Assembly: GCA_031370005.1 (NCBI GenBank)
Contig: JANMPT010000021.1
Location: 1-64,000, forward strand
Reading direction: 5' to 3'
Source of the DNA: Bdellovibrionales bacterium
GTDB taxonomy: Bacteria; Bdellovibrionota; Bdellovibrionia; Bdellovibrionales; Bdellovibrionaceae
Length of the DNA: 64,000 nucleotides
Numbering within the stretch: the first letter of the stretch is position 1; the number at the start of each line of letters is the position of its first letter. The notes beneath the pieces were generated by a model, which saw nothing but the letters and a program-made list of their open reading frames with translations, ran no database searches and was not told where the DNA came from. The translations under genes were made by a program, and so were the position numbers. Of this stretch, positions 36,607-47,188 are shown piece after piece.

Positions 36607-38856
36607 TTAGTTTAAACTTTTAATTAGTTTACGATCCCCAACTATCCATATTAAATCTCCAGACTCAATAGTGAGCATTGAGTCTGGATTTAGTATACGT
36701 CTTCCGGCTCGTTCTATCCCTACTACGATACCTTTTGTAACATCGCGGAGGCCAGAATTACGGATTGTTTTTCCAATATAAATGGATTTTTCTGAGACGA
36801 TATATTGCTCCAGAGCATAATCACCGGCTGAGCTGGAGATGTCTTCGATGCTTTTCTCATAATCAAGAAACTTTTTAAATTTCAAAAGTTGATCATCAGT
36901 TCCTATCACAAAAATACGGTCCAATGGCATAAGCATTTCTGCACGGCCCGGAGCTGTAATCCGACGCTCGCCGCGACGAATTAAGGCTATAGTTACTTCG
37001 TATTTTTCTCGAATCGATAGACTCTCAAGTGACTTCCCCACGTAGTTCGCTTCCTGAGGAATAACAAACTCAACCAGATGGGCATCCCAAGGAGCCATCG
37101 GCGCCATCTCGGCGCGAGTAATTTTTTTCACTAGTATTTCTTCTTCTTCTTGGCTCTTGTGATAAAAATTCTTCAAAAAACGCCCCTCAATGTGGCCGTA
37201 AAGTCTTTCAAAGTGATTGTAAAAAAATAAAATAAGAGTCGAAAGCGCCAATAGCATGATTACCACCGGAAAAACATCCGGTACAAGTTGTGTAAGTAGC
37301 GCAGTTAACAAAATTAAGCCCCAAACACTTCGAATCAAATAAAAAAATAAAATTGAAGTGGGGACCACTCGCTTATTCAAAATTATCGGAAATGCATAAC
37401 CCTTTACCTTACTAAACATCAAAGCCCAAAAAAATGGCGCTGATAAAGCTAAGCTTATGGCAACGCAAGTCAGCGTCGATATAAAACTATCTTTAAATCT
37501 ATCACGCAACCAAGGCAAAAAACCTTGAGACATCACTAAAAAAATAGCCACAATGATCACAGTATTTAAAAGCATTTTCACGCAGAAGTTTTTAAAATAT
37601 CCGTGACGCGTATCCAAAGGTCCGCGACTAATTGGCAAAAGGCTATATGCATCTAGTGCCTTTCGAACATGCATAGGCATCACTTTTTCAATCCGCGAAT
37701 AGATCCCGTCTGCTGCTTTAACCAGGTATGGAGTTGTAAAAGCACTCAGTACTGACATGGACACCACTAGGGGATATAGAATCTCATTGGTCAGCTTTAG
37801 CGTAACACCAAGGCCTGCTATAATATATGAGAACTCGCCGATCTGTGCCAGGCTCAGTCCTGCTTGTAAGGAAGTCTTCAAATTCTGACCAGAAATCAGA
37901 GAGCCAAAACTAACACTAAAAACCTGACCAAAAATCATCAACATACTCAGTAAAAGCACAGTCATCCAGTGATCTGCAAGAATCCGTGGATCAATAAGCA
38001 TACCTACTGAAATAAAAAAAATCGCAGAGAAAAGATCTTTAACTGAAGTAATAACTGACTCAATTCGCTCCCCCTCACTGGTTTCGGCAAGCAATGAGCC
38101 CATAATGAAGGCACCAAGTGCCGGAGAGAAGCCCGCATTGCTAGCAAGCACAACCATTAAAAAGCAAAGCCCCAAAGAAATAATCAAAGTTGCTTCTGGA
38201 TTCAGAAGAAGGCGAATTCGCTTAACCAAATTCGGTAAAATAAAAACACCCACCATGAACCAAATGCAAAAAAAGAAAATTAAGCGTAAAATTTGTTCTA
38301 CGAGCTGCCCACCTCGAAATTCACGGCCGACTTCCAAGCTTGATAACAGCATCATCAGTAAAACGGCTGCAAGGTCTTCAAAAATTAAAATACCAATTAC
38401 AAAACTTACAAAACGTCGACCCTTAAGCCCAAGTTCTTCAAAAGTTTTTACAAGGATAGTTGTAGAAGAAATTGAAATTGCAGCCCCAAGGAAAAGACTG
38501 CTTACCCAATCCCAATCCATGATTTTTCCGGCAGCAAAACCCAGCAGCATCATTACACTTACCTGAAAGGCGGCAGTGATTCCCGCAGAAGGCCCGACAC
38601 TCATCAGTTTTCTAAAACTAAATTCAAGACCGATTGCAAACAAAAGGAAGATCACACCAATTTCAGCCCAAACACCAATTCCCGTTAAATCCGTCACTGT
38701 TGGCAACCAGGGTTGATGAGGCCCCACGAGCATTCCTGCCACCAAATATCCGAGAACTACGGGTTGTTTTAATTTTTTAAAAATAAGACTAACAACAGCT
38801 GCTACAACAAGTATAAGCGCTAGGTCCTGAATTATCTGAGGAAGATGTGCCGTCAT
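36607..38856 (-). CDS. CPA2 cation:proton antiporter with two TrkA-C (RCK_C) domains
   Basis: LKQPVVLGY, AEIGVIFLLF.IGLEF, ISSTTI, ILIFED, FFISVG, AQIGEFS; two C-terminal GK..IR..P repeats. Confidence 0.92.
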   Translation of the reverse strand: MTAHLPQIIQDLALILVVAAVVSLIFKKLKQPVVLGYLVAGMLVGPHQPWLPTVTDLTGIGVWAEIGVIFLLFAIGLEFSFRKLMSVGPSAGITAAFQVSVMMLLGFAAGKIMDWDWVSSLFLGAAISISSTTILVKTFEELGLKGRRFVSFVIGILIFEDLAAVLLMMLLSSLEVGREFRGGQLVEQILRLIFFFCIWFMVGVFILPNLVKRIRLLLNPEATLIISLGLCFLMVVLASNAGFSPALGAFIMGSLLAETSEGERIESVITSVKDLFSAIFFISVGMLIDPRILADHWMTVLLLSMLMIFGQVFSVSFGSLISGQNLKTSLQAGLSLAQIGEFSYIIAGLGVTLKLTNEILYPLVVSMSVLSAFTTPYLVKAADGIYSRIEKVMPMHVRKALDAYSLLPISRGPLDTRHGYFKNFCVKMLLNTVIIVAIFLVMSQGFLPWLRDRFKDSFISTLTCVAISLALSAPFFWALMFSKVKGYAFPIILNKRVVPTSILFFYLIRSVWGLILLTALLTQLVPDVFPVVIMLLALSTLILFFYNHFERLYGHIEGRFLKNFYHKSQEEEEILVKKITRAEMAPMAPWDAHLVEFVIPQEANYVGKSLESLSIREKYEVTIALIRRGERRITAPGRAEMLMPLDRIFVIGTDDQLLKFKKFLDYEKSIEDISSSAGDYALEQYIVSEKSIYIGKTIRNSGLRDVTKGIVVGIERAGRRILNPDSMLTIESGDLIWIVGDRKLIKSLN

Positions 38857-38928
38857 GCCACTATATTGCAAGCACAAGGCCTGTTTGAAAAGGCGTATAA
38901 ATAAAAAACATAAACTTACAGAAACCAA

Positions 38929-38958
38929 AAAAAAAGAGGCCCTTCAGCCTCTTTTTTT
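38929..38958. terminator. Bidirectional rho-independent terminator downstream of the subtilase
   Basis: aaaaaaagaggc-ccttca-gcctcttttttt. Confidence 0.8.
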
Positions 38959-38980
38959 GTTTCTTCTTAAAAAAATCTAA

Positions 38981-40654
38981 TTACTTACCTAAAGCAGCAC
39001 TTACAGCAGCCTCTGCATTTATTAATCCAGAGCCCAATTCATTTTTTGTATTAGTGCCGCCCAATGTTTGAGCTGTTTTTTTGAAAATCTCCTTAACTTC
39101 AGAAGGCTTCAAATTTTTATTTGCTGCTTTTACAAGGGCAGCTACTCCAGCCACATGTGGAGTTGCCATTGAAGTCCCATCAAAGCTTGCATAGTCTGTT
39201 CTAAGAGTGACGATAGAAGCTAATACTTGATGGCCAGCTGTCAATTCAGTTTTCAAAGATTGGCCAGCAGATTGCTCAATCATTACCACCGCAATATCCA
39301 TAGTAGAACCATCTTGAGTCAAAGCTCCATGGATTAGGCCGGGAGCGTTGTTGTAAATAATAACACCAGCGGCATGTGCTTTCAAAGCATTGCCAACTTT
39401 TTCACCGAAAGTAATTTCACCACGAGAAACCAAAACATATTTTCCTGTAAAGTCCTTGCCTACGAAATCTTCAGGCTTACCCATACCGCCGTCCACAAGT
39501 TCAACGTCAACAGCCTTGTCTAGTTCTTTAGCCCCTTGGAAAGTTGTACTAATTACTTTTGCGGGCTGTCCATTCACAGTAACAGTGACTTCAGATTCAC
39601 GACCAGCTCCCTGAGGAACCGAGGAAACTACATCCACTCCCGGAGCAACAATTGCCAACTCTGGACCATATTGAGAGAAATCTGCTTTTTCCAACTTTGC
39701 GTTGATAGCACCTACTGCAATAACAGTTGGTAAGGCTGCAGGATAACTAACAGTGGCTGTACCGCTATTGCCAGAAGCTGCCACAATTGTAACACCAGCA
39801 GCATCAGCTGCTGCCACGGCAGATTTCTCTGCCGGAGTACTCCACATACCACCGAGAGACATTGAAATTACATCAACCTTCTCTTGAATACCCCAGTTGA
39901 TACCTTGTGCGATCGCAATGTTGCTGCAGCCTTGCTCAGAACACACACGGCCCATTAGTAGTTTTGCTTCAGGAGCAACCCCAGAGAAACCAGAAGCCAT
40001 TTGAACACCGGCAATAGTTCCAGAGACATGTGTTCCATGACCCACTTTATCGGTGAAATCAGAGCCATCACTTTCGCCTGTAAAGTCGTGACCCTTTTCA
40101 AAGTTTGCTTTCAAAGATGGATGTTCAGCATCAATACCCGTATCTAAAACAAGAACACGAGCACCGAGTCCTTTATTCCCCGATGCCTTCCAGGCTTCTG
40201 GAGCTTTTACAGCGGCAATACCCCAAGGCTGAGTCAAGGCAGAGCTTGCAGAAGAGTAATTTTGAGTATTATTTTTTGAAAATGAAACAAACCCCTTCAT
40301 AGGTTTTGGTGCTGGATGAAAAATTTCTTTTTCTATAAATGCGACATCAGAATTATTTTTTAATTTTTCGACCTCTGAAGCTTCAGTATTAATTACTAGA
40401 GTGTTGAGATTGTCTAAGCTATCAACAAGCTTTGCGTCGACTTTTGCGAACTGACCAAAACTTGTGCCAAGGCCGAAACCTCTCAAACCGATATCTGACT
40501 TATGTGAAAAGGCTGTGTTTGCTGTTTTGAATGACTGAGTCGACTTCAATACAACAAGATAACGTTGGCCAGCAAATGCTCCACTTGTAAGAACAAGAGA
40601 AATGAACGCAACTAATATCTGTAATTTCACCTGTAATTTTACTTGTAACTTCAT
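38981..40654 (-). CDS. Secreted S8 subtilisin-like serine protease with I9 propeptide and PA domain
   Basis: Catalytic triad VLDTG, HGTHVSG, GTSMATPHVAG; PA insert (VSRGEITFGEK..GVIIYNN). Confidence 0.95.
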   Translation of the reverse strand: MKLQVKLQVKLQILVAFISLVLTSGAFAGQRYLVVLKSTQSFKTANTAFSHKSDIGLRGFGLGTSFGQFAKVDAKLVDSLDNLNTLVINTEASEVEKLKNNSDVAFIEKEIFHPAPKPMKGFVSFSKNNTQNYSSASSALTQPWGIAAVKAPEAWKASGNKGLGARVLVLDTGIDAEHPSLKANFEKGHDFTGESDGSDFTDKVGHGTHVSGTIAGVQMASGFSGVAPEAKLLMGRVCSEQGCSNIAIAQGINWGIQEKVDVISMSLGGMWSTPAEKSAVAAADAAGVTIVAASGNSGTATVSYPAALPTVIAVGAINAKLEKADFSQYGPELAIVAPGVDVVSSVPQGAGRESEVTVTVNGQPAKVISTTFQGAKELDKAVDVELVDGGMGKPEDFVGKDFTGKYVLVSRGEITFGEKVGNALKAHAAGVIIYNNAPGLIHGALTQDGSTMDIAVVMIEQSAGQSLKTELTAGHQVLASIVTLRTDYASFDGTSMATPHVAGVAALVKAANKNLKPSEVKEIFKKTAQTLGGTNTKNELGSGLINAEAAVSAALGK

Positions 40655-41067
40655 GATCCCCCCTGAAGCAGCCAGGGATTTCATTTTTAAAATCCCTGTA
40701 TGAACAAGGATCAGATTCCAAAGTGGAACCAGATGCAAGAAAACTTTTTGTAATTTTTCCCAATGATATCGCGAACAAAAAAAATGAAATTATCTGTCAT
40801 CATCCACTGGTCCCAGCTTGGAACCTCAACTCAAATACGGAACCAATTAAGGCATTTAAATAAGAAAATATAATACGATCTATTACTTTTTATGGGACAA
40901 ATGCCAGTTTAATAAACATATGAAAGCAACGCAGTGCGAACGAAATATGCTCGAACACGAAGCTCAGGATTTCGATTTTCGACTATATTAAACCCACTTA
41001 TGTAGAAAATCCCTGTCAGAATACTGACAGTGGGTTTTTAGCGGGCAATCACATATAACTAACTTAA

Positions 41068-41382
41068 ATGGGAAAAAAAATTCTGCATCTCACAGTATTA
41101 GTAGGTCTTTACTCTGTTCAATCCTTGGCTCAAAACACGCCATGGATTTTTACTTCAGCCCTTCCAACAAAAAAAGAGATGATCCGCATCCAGAGAACTG
41201 AAACTTGTCGCCCATTTGCGATGAAACTCATGTCGAATAAGTGCACCCAGTACAAGCAAGGTTATGTTTGCCCGCAAGAAGACTCCGGTCAGTTTGTTAT
41301 CTCAACATATTCGAGTAAAAAGGATTGCACAAAGGCGCTAAATAAAGTGCGCCATTTGCTCGCTAATAATGCCAATAAATAA
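41068..41382 (+). CDS. Small secreted hypothetical protein with 4 Cys
   Basis: Signal peptide ending SLA-Q; 104 aa. Confidence 0.6.
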   Translation: MGKKILHLTVLVGLYSVQSLAQNTPWIFTSALPTKKEMIRIQRTETCRPFAMKLMSNKCTQYKQGYVCPQEDSGQFVISTYSSKKDCTKALNKVRHLLANNANK

Positions 41383-41425
41383 TGATTTTCTTATCTTAAA
41401 ATAAGATGGACTGAGTTCACATTTT

Positions 41426-42400
41426 CTAGAATTCTTCGTCATCAACACCTGTACTGCTACCTTCACCAATGCCGCGCACCTCTTCAATATACGCAGTGGT
41501 TTCCTCTTCTAGTTCATTTTCTCCTGAGCTCTCATCAATCTCGAGTTCTTGAATGGCCGCCAAGAAATCCTTCTCTGTCCGAAGGTCGCGACGGATCATC
41601 TCTAAAAATTTATCAGGAAATCGCGCAGTGAGTTCCTCGATGTATCTACCCAGCTTACCATCAGCCAAAATTTTCTTGCGAACCTGTATTTTTCTCCAAA
41701 ATAAAAGATAGTGGTAACGGCAATAGCCATCTACAGCACCCACCTGGTCACAATCACGTGAACGGCAATATCGACGACCTTCAGCATCCGTTAAAAAGAC
41801 TTCTTCATCGCCACGATCTTTGACTTCCATGGCCCATGCTTCATCTTCTATAACTTCTTCATCTAATTCCTCGACGGCTTTGAGCTCTTCTTCATACTCA
41901 CCAATTTCATCGGCGCCTACAAAGTCATCGTCAGCTACGAAATCATCTTCTACTTCTTCAGTTTCTTCTTTTTTAGATTTAGAGCCTTTTTTAGGAGCTA
42001 CCGCTTTGGCTTCTTTTTTAGCCGTCGACTTCAGCATCACAGGCTCAGATAAAGTTTTCTTAGTTTCCTTTTCAAGGACCTTTTTCTCAGATTTTATTGG
42101 CAATGTAGGTGTTTTCTTTGCAGTAGCGCTTGCTTTGATTTTTTCCTTAGCAGGAATCAATACTTTTTTCGCTATCTTTTCAGAAACCTTAATAGGTTTT
42201 GGTGCTGTGGTTTTCGTCGTTCCAGACTTTTTATGCTTAGCGTCTTTTGCAGATAACTTAGCCGTCGACTTAACTGCTATTTTCTTTGCAGCACCAGGCT
42301 TAGCAATATGTTTTATGCTGGTTTTCGCTGTTTTCTTAACTGCAGTCGTTTTTTTCGATGCATTTTTCACTATACTTGATTTCTTTTTCATTTTTGCCAT
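41426..42400 (-). CDS. Hypothetical protein: Lys/Ala-rich H1-like N-terminus, acidic linker, CCCH motif
   Basis: About 140 aa K/A/T-rich, D/E tract, C-x4-C-x9-C-x2-H, acidic tail. Confidence 0.8.
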   Translation of the reverse strand: MAKMKKKSSIVKNASKKTTAVKKTAKTSIKHIAKPGAAKKIAVKSTAKLSAKDAKHKKSGTTKTTAPKPIKVSEKIAKKVLIPAKEKIKASATAKKTPTLPIKSEKKVLEKETKKTLSEPVMLKSTAKKEAKAVAPKKGSKSKKEETEEVEDDFVADDDFVGADEIGEYEEELKAVEELDEEVIEDEAWAMEVKDRGDEEVFLTDAEGRRYCRSRDCDQVGAVDGYCRYHYLLFWRKIQVRKKILADGKLGRYIEELTARFPDKFLEMIRRDLRTEKDFLAAIQELEIDESSGENELEEETTAYIEEVRGIGEGSSTGVDDEEF

Positions 42401-42442
42401 AGAGATAAAGCCTTGAATGATATCAAAGTAGCTGTCAACTGA

Positions 42443-43447
42443 TTATTTCACAACAATGCTTCCCTCTTGAGAACGCACAAGGATTGTGCCCTTTTGTTCA
42501 CCACCTCGAAGACGACCTCGTACTGACTTTTCAGTAACACTTCTATTTACCTTAAGCTCGCCTGGGACAGATATTTCGCCCTCAGTGCTCAATAAGTTCA
42601 GCATGGCTCCCGAGCCGGCCACCGTCTGTATTAAAATCCTACCCGTGCCGCTTTTTACATGGACATCCGTTTCAGGCATAATGCCCAAATTCACGGGTCC
42701 CTCGCTCGTTTGCCCATCAATGCGGCCGACAAATTGCTGAGTCAACACACTGCCCTTGCCATTTTCAAACTGTAAAGTTCCAGAGCTGTGCAGTATTTTA
42801 GCCACGGATTGAGCCGTGTTAATCGACAAAAAACCCTTAGATTTTTCAATATTTATAGATCCTGAAAAAACACTGCCATCCAAGTCACCATGGAGATTTC
42901 GAACATTTAACTGTCCTTTGTATATATCAACAATTAACTTCGAGGCCTGATCTTGCACAGAAACCTCGCCATTTTGCAGTTGAATACTCAAAGAAGCACT
43001 GCCAGCCACACTTGTGACTTTTCCTTTAACGAGCGCGATCTTAAGTTCTTTGCTCCATTTTTGGCTACTGACTTGGCCATCTCGAAGTTGAATTTCTACA
43101 GGGACTGAAGCCCCAACGAACTCAAGTACTTTCTTTTTTGGAGTCTTAGAAAGAGCCTCTTTCCATTCTCTTTTATCCGAATATTCCTGCATTTTTATAA
43201 ACAAAACTCGATCTTTTTTTTCTAAGACGAACTGACCTGGCTCACTCGTTTCGTCAATTCCAGAAACGCGGAGCTTTTGCGCCATCGGCTGGCCAATCAA
43301 GGATATTTGGGCCTCAAGACCAACTACGACAATGCGTTCAATATCTTGAGGAGCAACCTCAAAGGCAAGAAGCGCCTGGGCTTGATGAACTAAAAAAAAA
43401 CTTGAAGCTAATATAGTAAAGACCAGGGCAGAAAAAATCCTTTTCAT
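42443..43447 (-). CDS. DUF4097-like beta-strand-repeat exported protein
   Basis: Signal peptide; repeated xxxG.V.V beta-solenoid units; ends SQEGSIVVK. Confidence 0.75.
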   Translation of the reverse strand: MKRIFSALVFTILASSFFLVHQAQALLAFEVAPQDIERIVVVGLEAQISLIGQPMAQKLRVSGIDETSEPGQFVLEKKDRVLFIKMQEYSDKREWKEALSKTPKKKVLEFVGASVPVEIQLRDGQVSSQKWSKELKIALVKGKVTSVAGSASLSIQLQNGEVSVQDQASKLIVDIYKGQLNVRNLHGDLDGSVFSGSINIEKSKGFLSINTAQSVAKILHSSGTLQFENGKGSVLTQQFVGRIDGQTSEGPVNLGIMPETDVHVKSGTGRILIQTVAGSGAMLNLLSTEGEISVPGELKVNRSVTEKSVRGRLRGGEQKGTILVRSQEGSIVVK

Positions 43448-43552
43448 TCTGTCACTCCGTTTAATTTATGAGGGTCTATTTGACTCTGTCTTCAAAATAT
43501 AAAAGATTGATCAGGCTATTACTACGAGTTTCTTTTCAATAATGGAGAATTT

Positions 43553-44731
43553 ATGGAAAACGTTGTTATTGTTAGCGCTGTGCGTACACCCGTGGGCTCA
43601 TTTCAGGGGGGCTTGAGCTCCCTTCCTGCCCCTCAATTGGGTGCAATTGCCATTAGAGAAGCTCTCACTCGTGCTAAGGTTTTTTCTCACGAAGTTGATG
43701 AGTGTATCATGGGCGAGGTCTTAACGGCAGGTGTTGGACAAGCGCCCGCTCGCCAGGCCGCAATCTTTGCAGGCCTCAAAAACACTACCCCATGCATGAC
43801 TATCAATAAAGTTTGCGGTTCTGGTCTTAAAGCCATAATGCTAGCCGCAGACTCTCTTCAATTGGGTCACTCCAAAATTGCTCTTGCCGGTGGCCAGGAA
43901 AATATGTCTTTGGCTCCACATCTTTTAGAAAACTCTCGCACTGGATACCGCATGGGCTCTGCAACAATCGTAGACTCTATGGTTAAAGATGGACTTTGGG
44001 ACCCTTATAATAATTTTCATATGGGCAGTGCTGCTGAAATCTGCGCGCGTGAAAATCACTTCACCCGCGAGCAGCAAGATTCCTTCGCAATTGACTCTTA
44101 TAAAAAAGCACAAGCTGCAATCACTAGTGGTGCTTTTAAAAATGAAATCGTCCCAGTGATTATCGAATCAAAAAAAGGACCTATCAGTATTGATAAAGAT
44201 GAGGAGCCATTTAATACCAACTTCGACAAAATCCCTGGCCTTCGCGCTGCTTTTGAAAAAGATGGAACAATCACTGCCGCTAATGCCTCCAAGCTCAATG
44301 ACGGTGCCGCCGCGATTGTATTAATGACTGAGAGCACAGCCAAGGCTCGCGGCGCAAAACCTTTGGCAAAAATGATAGCCCAAGCTACATTTGCCCACGA
44401 CCCTAAATACTTCACCACGGCCCCTGTAGGGGCAATTAAGAAAGTTCTGCAAAATGCTGACTTGAAAATTGCTGATGTTGATCTTTGGGAAATCAATGAA
44501 GCTTTTGCTGTGGTTGCACAGGTTGCTATAAAAGAACTTGAAATCCCAAGCGAGAAAGTCAATGTCAACGGTGGTGCTATCGCCATTGGCCACCCAATTG
44601 GCGCAAGTGGTGCTCGTATCTTTACAAGCTTGATTCACGCACTCCATACATATAACAAACGTTATGGTTTGGCGACTTTATGCATTGGTGGCGGCGAAGC
44701 CGTTGCTGTTATCATTGAAAAAACCATTTAA
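43553..44731 (+). CDS. atoB: Acetyl-CoA C-acetyltransferase (thiolase)
   Basis: [31 protein letters not shown]. Confidence 0.95.
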   Translation: MENVVIVSAVRTPVGSFQGGLSSLPAPQLGAIAIREALTRAKVFSHEVDECIMGEVLTAGVGQAPARQAAIFAGLKNTTPCMTINKVCGSGLKAIMLAADSLQLGHSKIALAGGQENMSLAPHLLENSRTGYRMGSATIVDSMVKDGLWDPYNNFHMGSAAEICARENHFTREQQDSFAIDSYKKAQAAITSGAFKNEIVPVIIESKKGPISIDKDEEPFNTNFDKIPGLRAAFEKDGTITAANASKLNDGAAAIVLMTESTAKARGAKPLAKMIAQATFAHDPKYFTTAPVGAIKKVLQNADLKIADVDLWEINEAFAVVAQVAIKELEIPSEKVNVNGGAIAIGHPIGASGARIFTSLIHALHTYNKRYGLATLCIGGGEAVAVIIEKTI

Positions 44732-44748
44732 ATACAAATCGAGGACCT

Positions 44749-45450
44749 ATGATCAAAAGTAAAGTCTATGCAAATGCAAAATCAGCGCTTGAGGGAATCA
44801 AAGACAATATGACTTTGGTTGTTGGTGGCTTTGGTCTATGTGGAATTCCTGAAAACAGCATTAGCGCTCTGAAAGAGCTTGGCATTAAAGGCCTTACCTG
44901 CGTTTCAAATAACGCAGGGGTTGACGATTTTGGCCTCGGCATTCTTTTACACTCTCATCAAATTAAAAAAATGATTTCTTCATATGTGGGAGAGAATGCC
45001 ACTTTTGAGAAGCAGTTTATGAACGGCGAACTTGAAGTTGAGCTTTGCCCCCAGGGAACTTTGGCTGAAAGACTTCGCGCCGGTGGTGCCGGAATTGCTG
45101 GCTTCTATACCCCAACTGGAGTCGGAACTCCTGTAGCTGAAGGCAAAGAGATCAAAAATTTTGATGGCCGCGAATATGTCCTTGAGCGCGGGATTGTCGG
45201 CGACTTTGCGTTGGTCAAAGCATGGAAGGGTGATAAGTTCGGAAATTTAATTTATAGAAAAACCGCTCGCAACTTCAACCCCATGGTTGCCACTGCCGGT
45301 AAAATCACTGTGGCAGAAGTTGAGGAATTGGTAGAGATTGGGACTCTCCCTCCGGATCAGATTCATACGCCGGGCGTTTACATTCAACGCATTTTCCAAG
45401 GAAAAAACTATGAAAAACGCATCGAACAAATGACTGTAAGAAAGGCTTAA
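44749..45450 (+). CDS. scoA: 3-oxoacid CoA-transferase subunit A
   Basis: [37 protein letters not shown]. Confidence 0.95.
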   Translation: MIKSKVYANAKSALEGIKDNMTLVVGGFGLCGIPENSISALKELGIKGLTCVSNNAGVDDFGLGILLHSHQIKKMISSYVGENATFEKQFMNGELEVELCPQGTLAERLRAGGAGIAGFYTPTGVGTPVAEGKEIKNFDGREYVLERGIVGDFALVKAWKGDKFGNLIYRKTARNFNPMVATAGKITVAEVEELVEIGTLPPDQIHTPGVYIQRIFQGKNYEKRIEQMTVRKA

Positions 45451-45454
45451 GACT

Positions 45455-46111
45455 ATGCCATTGAATCGTGAGCAAATCGCACAAAGAATCGCCCAAGAAG
45501 TTCAAGATGGCTATACCGTGAATCTGGGTATCGGTATTCCCACACTTGTTGCAAATTATATCCCTTCTACAAAATCCATAATGCTTCAAAGTGAAAATGG
45601 GCTTTTAGGAATCGGCCCTTTCCCATTGGAAAAAGATGTCGATCCTGATCTTATCAACGCTGGCAAACAGACTGTCACCGAAGCCTTAGGAGCAAGCTAC
45701 TTTAACTCAGCAGATAGCTTCGCAATGATTCGTGGGGGTCATGTGGACCTCACTGTTTTGGGTGCCATGGAGGTGGATCAAAACGGTAGTATTGCAAACT
45801 GGATGGTTCCAGGAAAAATGGTTAAAGGCATGGGCGGCGCTATGGATCTAGTCGCTGGAGCAAAGAATGTGATAGTTGCCATGCAACATACGGATAAGGA
45901 TGGAAATTCAAAACTTCGCACAAAGTGTACTCTTCCGCTGACGGGTGTGAACTGCATTAAGAAAATCGTTTCTGATTATGGTGTTATCGATGTCACACCC
46001 GCAGGTTTTGTTTTACGCGAATATGCTCCAGATTTAACTCCAGAAAAAGTTCTCGCTGCAACGGAAGGTAAAATGACTATTGCCACTGATGTGAAACCAA
46101 TGACTTTCTAA
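45455..46111 (+). CDS. scoB: 3-oxoacid CoA-transferase subunit B
   Basis: VNLGIGIPT, QSENG (catalytic Glu), KGMGGAMDL, CTLPLTG. Confidence 0.95.
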   Translation: MPLNREQIAQRIAQEVQDGYTVNLGIGIPTLVANYIPSTKSIMLQSENGLLGIGPFPLEKDVDPDLINAGKQTVTEALGASYFNSADSFAMIRGGHVDLTVLGAMEVDQNGSIANWMVPGKMVKGMGGAMDLVAGAKNVIVAMQHTDKDGNSKLRTKCTLPLTGVNCIKKIVSDYGVIDVTPAGFVLREYAPDLTPEKVLAATEGKMTIATDVKPMTF

Positions 46112-46206
46112 AACTGTTTCAATGGCCAATTAAAGTCTAGGGGCATTTGCCGTTAAGGCCCTTTAAAGCCATAATCATAAAGTGTGAATCAACCAGGGGA
46201 TGCTTC

Positions 46207-47184
46207 GTGGCAGATGGTAAAAAGATCGCAAAGGACACCTATTTATTCCGTGATGGGGATGCTCCTGATGCTATGTATATCGTTAAAACAGGAATGCTAG
46301 TTGTTACCAAAACAAAGGGCAGCTCAGAAGTCATCCTCGCAGAAATTGGACCTGGCTCCATGGTCGGAGAAATGGCGATCTTTGATAAAAAACCTCGCAG
46401 CGCCAACGTCAAAGCCATTAAAGACTCAGAGGTTATTTCCCTTCCCTATGAAAGTTTGAATCAACAAATGGATTCTTTGCCTGTTTGGGTAAAGGCCATT
46501 ATGAGAACCATGAATGAAAATCTTCGTGAGGCAAATAAAAAAATCAAACTGCTCGAAAATCCAGGGCAGGAAGAAGATCGATACCCTCCTCACACAGTGA
46601 TCAAACTTTTATCTCTTGTGAATCTCGTGGGTCATAAGTATGGCAAGCCCGAGGAAGGCGGAGTTTCAGTTCCCACTGGAACTCTTCGTCGTTATACAAT
46701 TCAGGTTTTCCAAGAAGCTACAAACAAAATGAACAGTATGACCAATGCGCTGAAAACCCTGGGCCACATGACCATTGAAGATCTTGGTGAAGGCCGCCAA
46801 AAAATGATTAATCTTCAACCGGACTTCTTGTTTGAATTTGTCGACTGGTATACAGAGTGGCTGTTTAGTTCTGACAAAGAAAAAATCACCCTGCGCGATG
46901 AGGAGTGCAAAGTCATGGAGGGAGTCCTTCACTTTGCTTCTAAAGTTCAGCCTGATGCCAAGGGCTTACATAAAATTAATATTAATGATATCCAAAATGA
47001 ATCCATGAAAGACCTTGGACGATTGATTCGTGTTGAAGAACTAAATCCACTTATTGAAAAAAAATTAATCTCCGAAAAAATCATGGAAGAATCAGGCATC
47101 TATGTGATGATAACTCCGGGTGAGGTTGAAAAGATCACTAGAAACTGGAGCCTAATTAATAATCTAAAAAAGCATCTCCGCTAA
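46207..47184 (+). CDS. Cyclic nucleotide-binding domain protein (CRP-like N-terminus)
   Basis: LFRDGD..MYIVK.G, phosphate-binding cassette VGEMAIFDKKPRSANV; GGGG RBS before GTG. Confidence 0.85.
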   Translation: MADGKKIAKDTYLFRDGDAPDAMYIVKTGMLVVTKTKGSSEVILAEIGPGSMVGEMAIFDKKPRSANVKAIKDSEVISLPYESLNQQMDSLPVWVKAIMRTMNENLREANKKIKLLENPGQEEDRYPPHTVIKLLSLVNLVGHKYGKPEEGGVSVPTGTLRRYTIQVFQEATNKMNSMTNALKTLGHMTIEDLGEGRQKMINLQPDFLFEFVDWYTEWLFSSDKEKITLRDEECKVMEGVLHFASKVQPDAKGLHKININDIQNESMKDLGRLIRVEELNPLIEKKLISEKIMEESGIYVMITPGEVEKITRNWSLINNLKKHLR

Positions 47185-47188
47185 AAAT

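Noticed and set aside
38105..38566. 153 aa plus-strand ORF
   Set aside because: Antisense shadow of the CPA2 antiporter transmembrane region.
41820..42416. 198 aa hydrophobic plus-strand ORF
   Set aside because: Antisense of the Lys/Glu-rich gene; its Phe/Leu/Ser richness is the mirror of AAA/GAA codons.
44098..44647. Minus-strand ORFs of 162 and 108 aa
   Set aside because: Antisense to the well-conserved thiolase.
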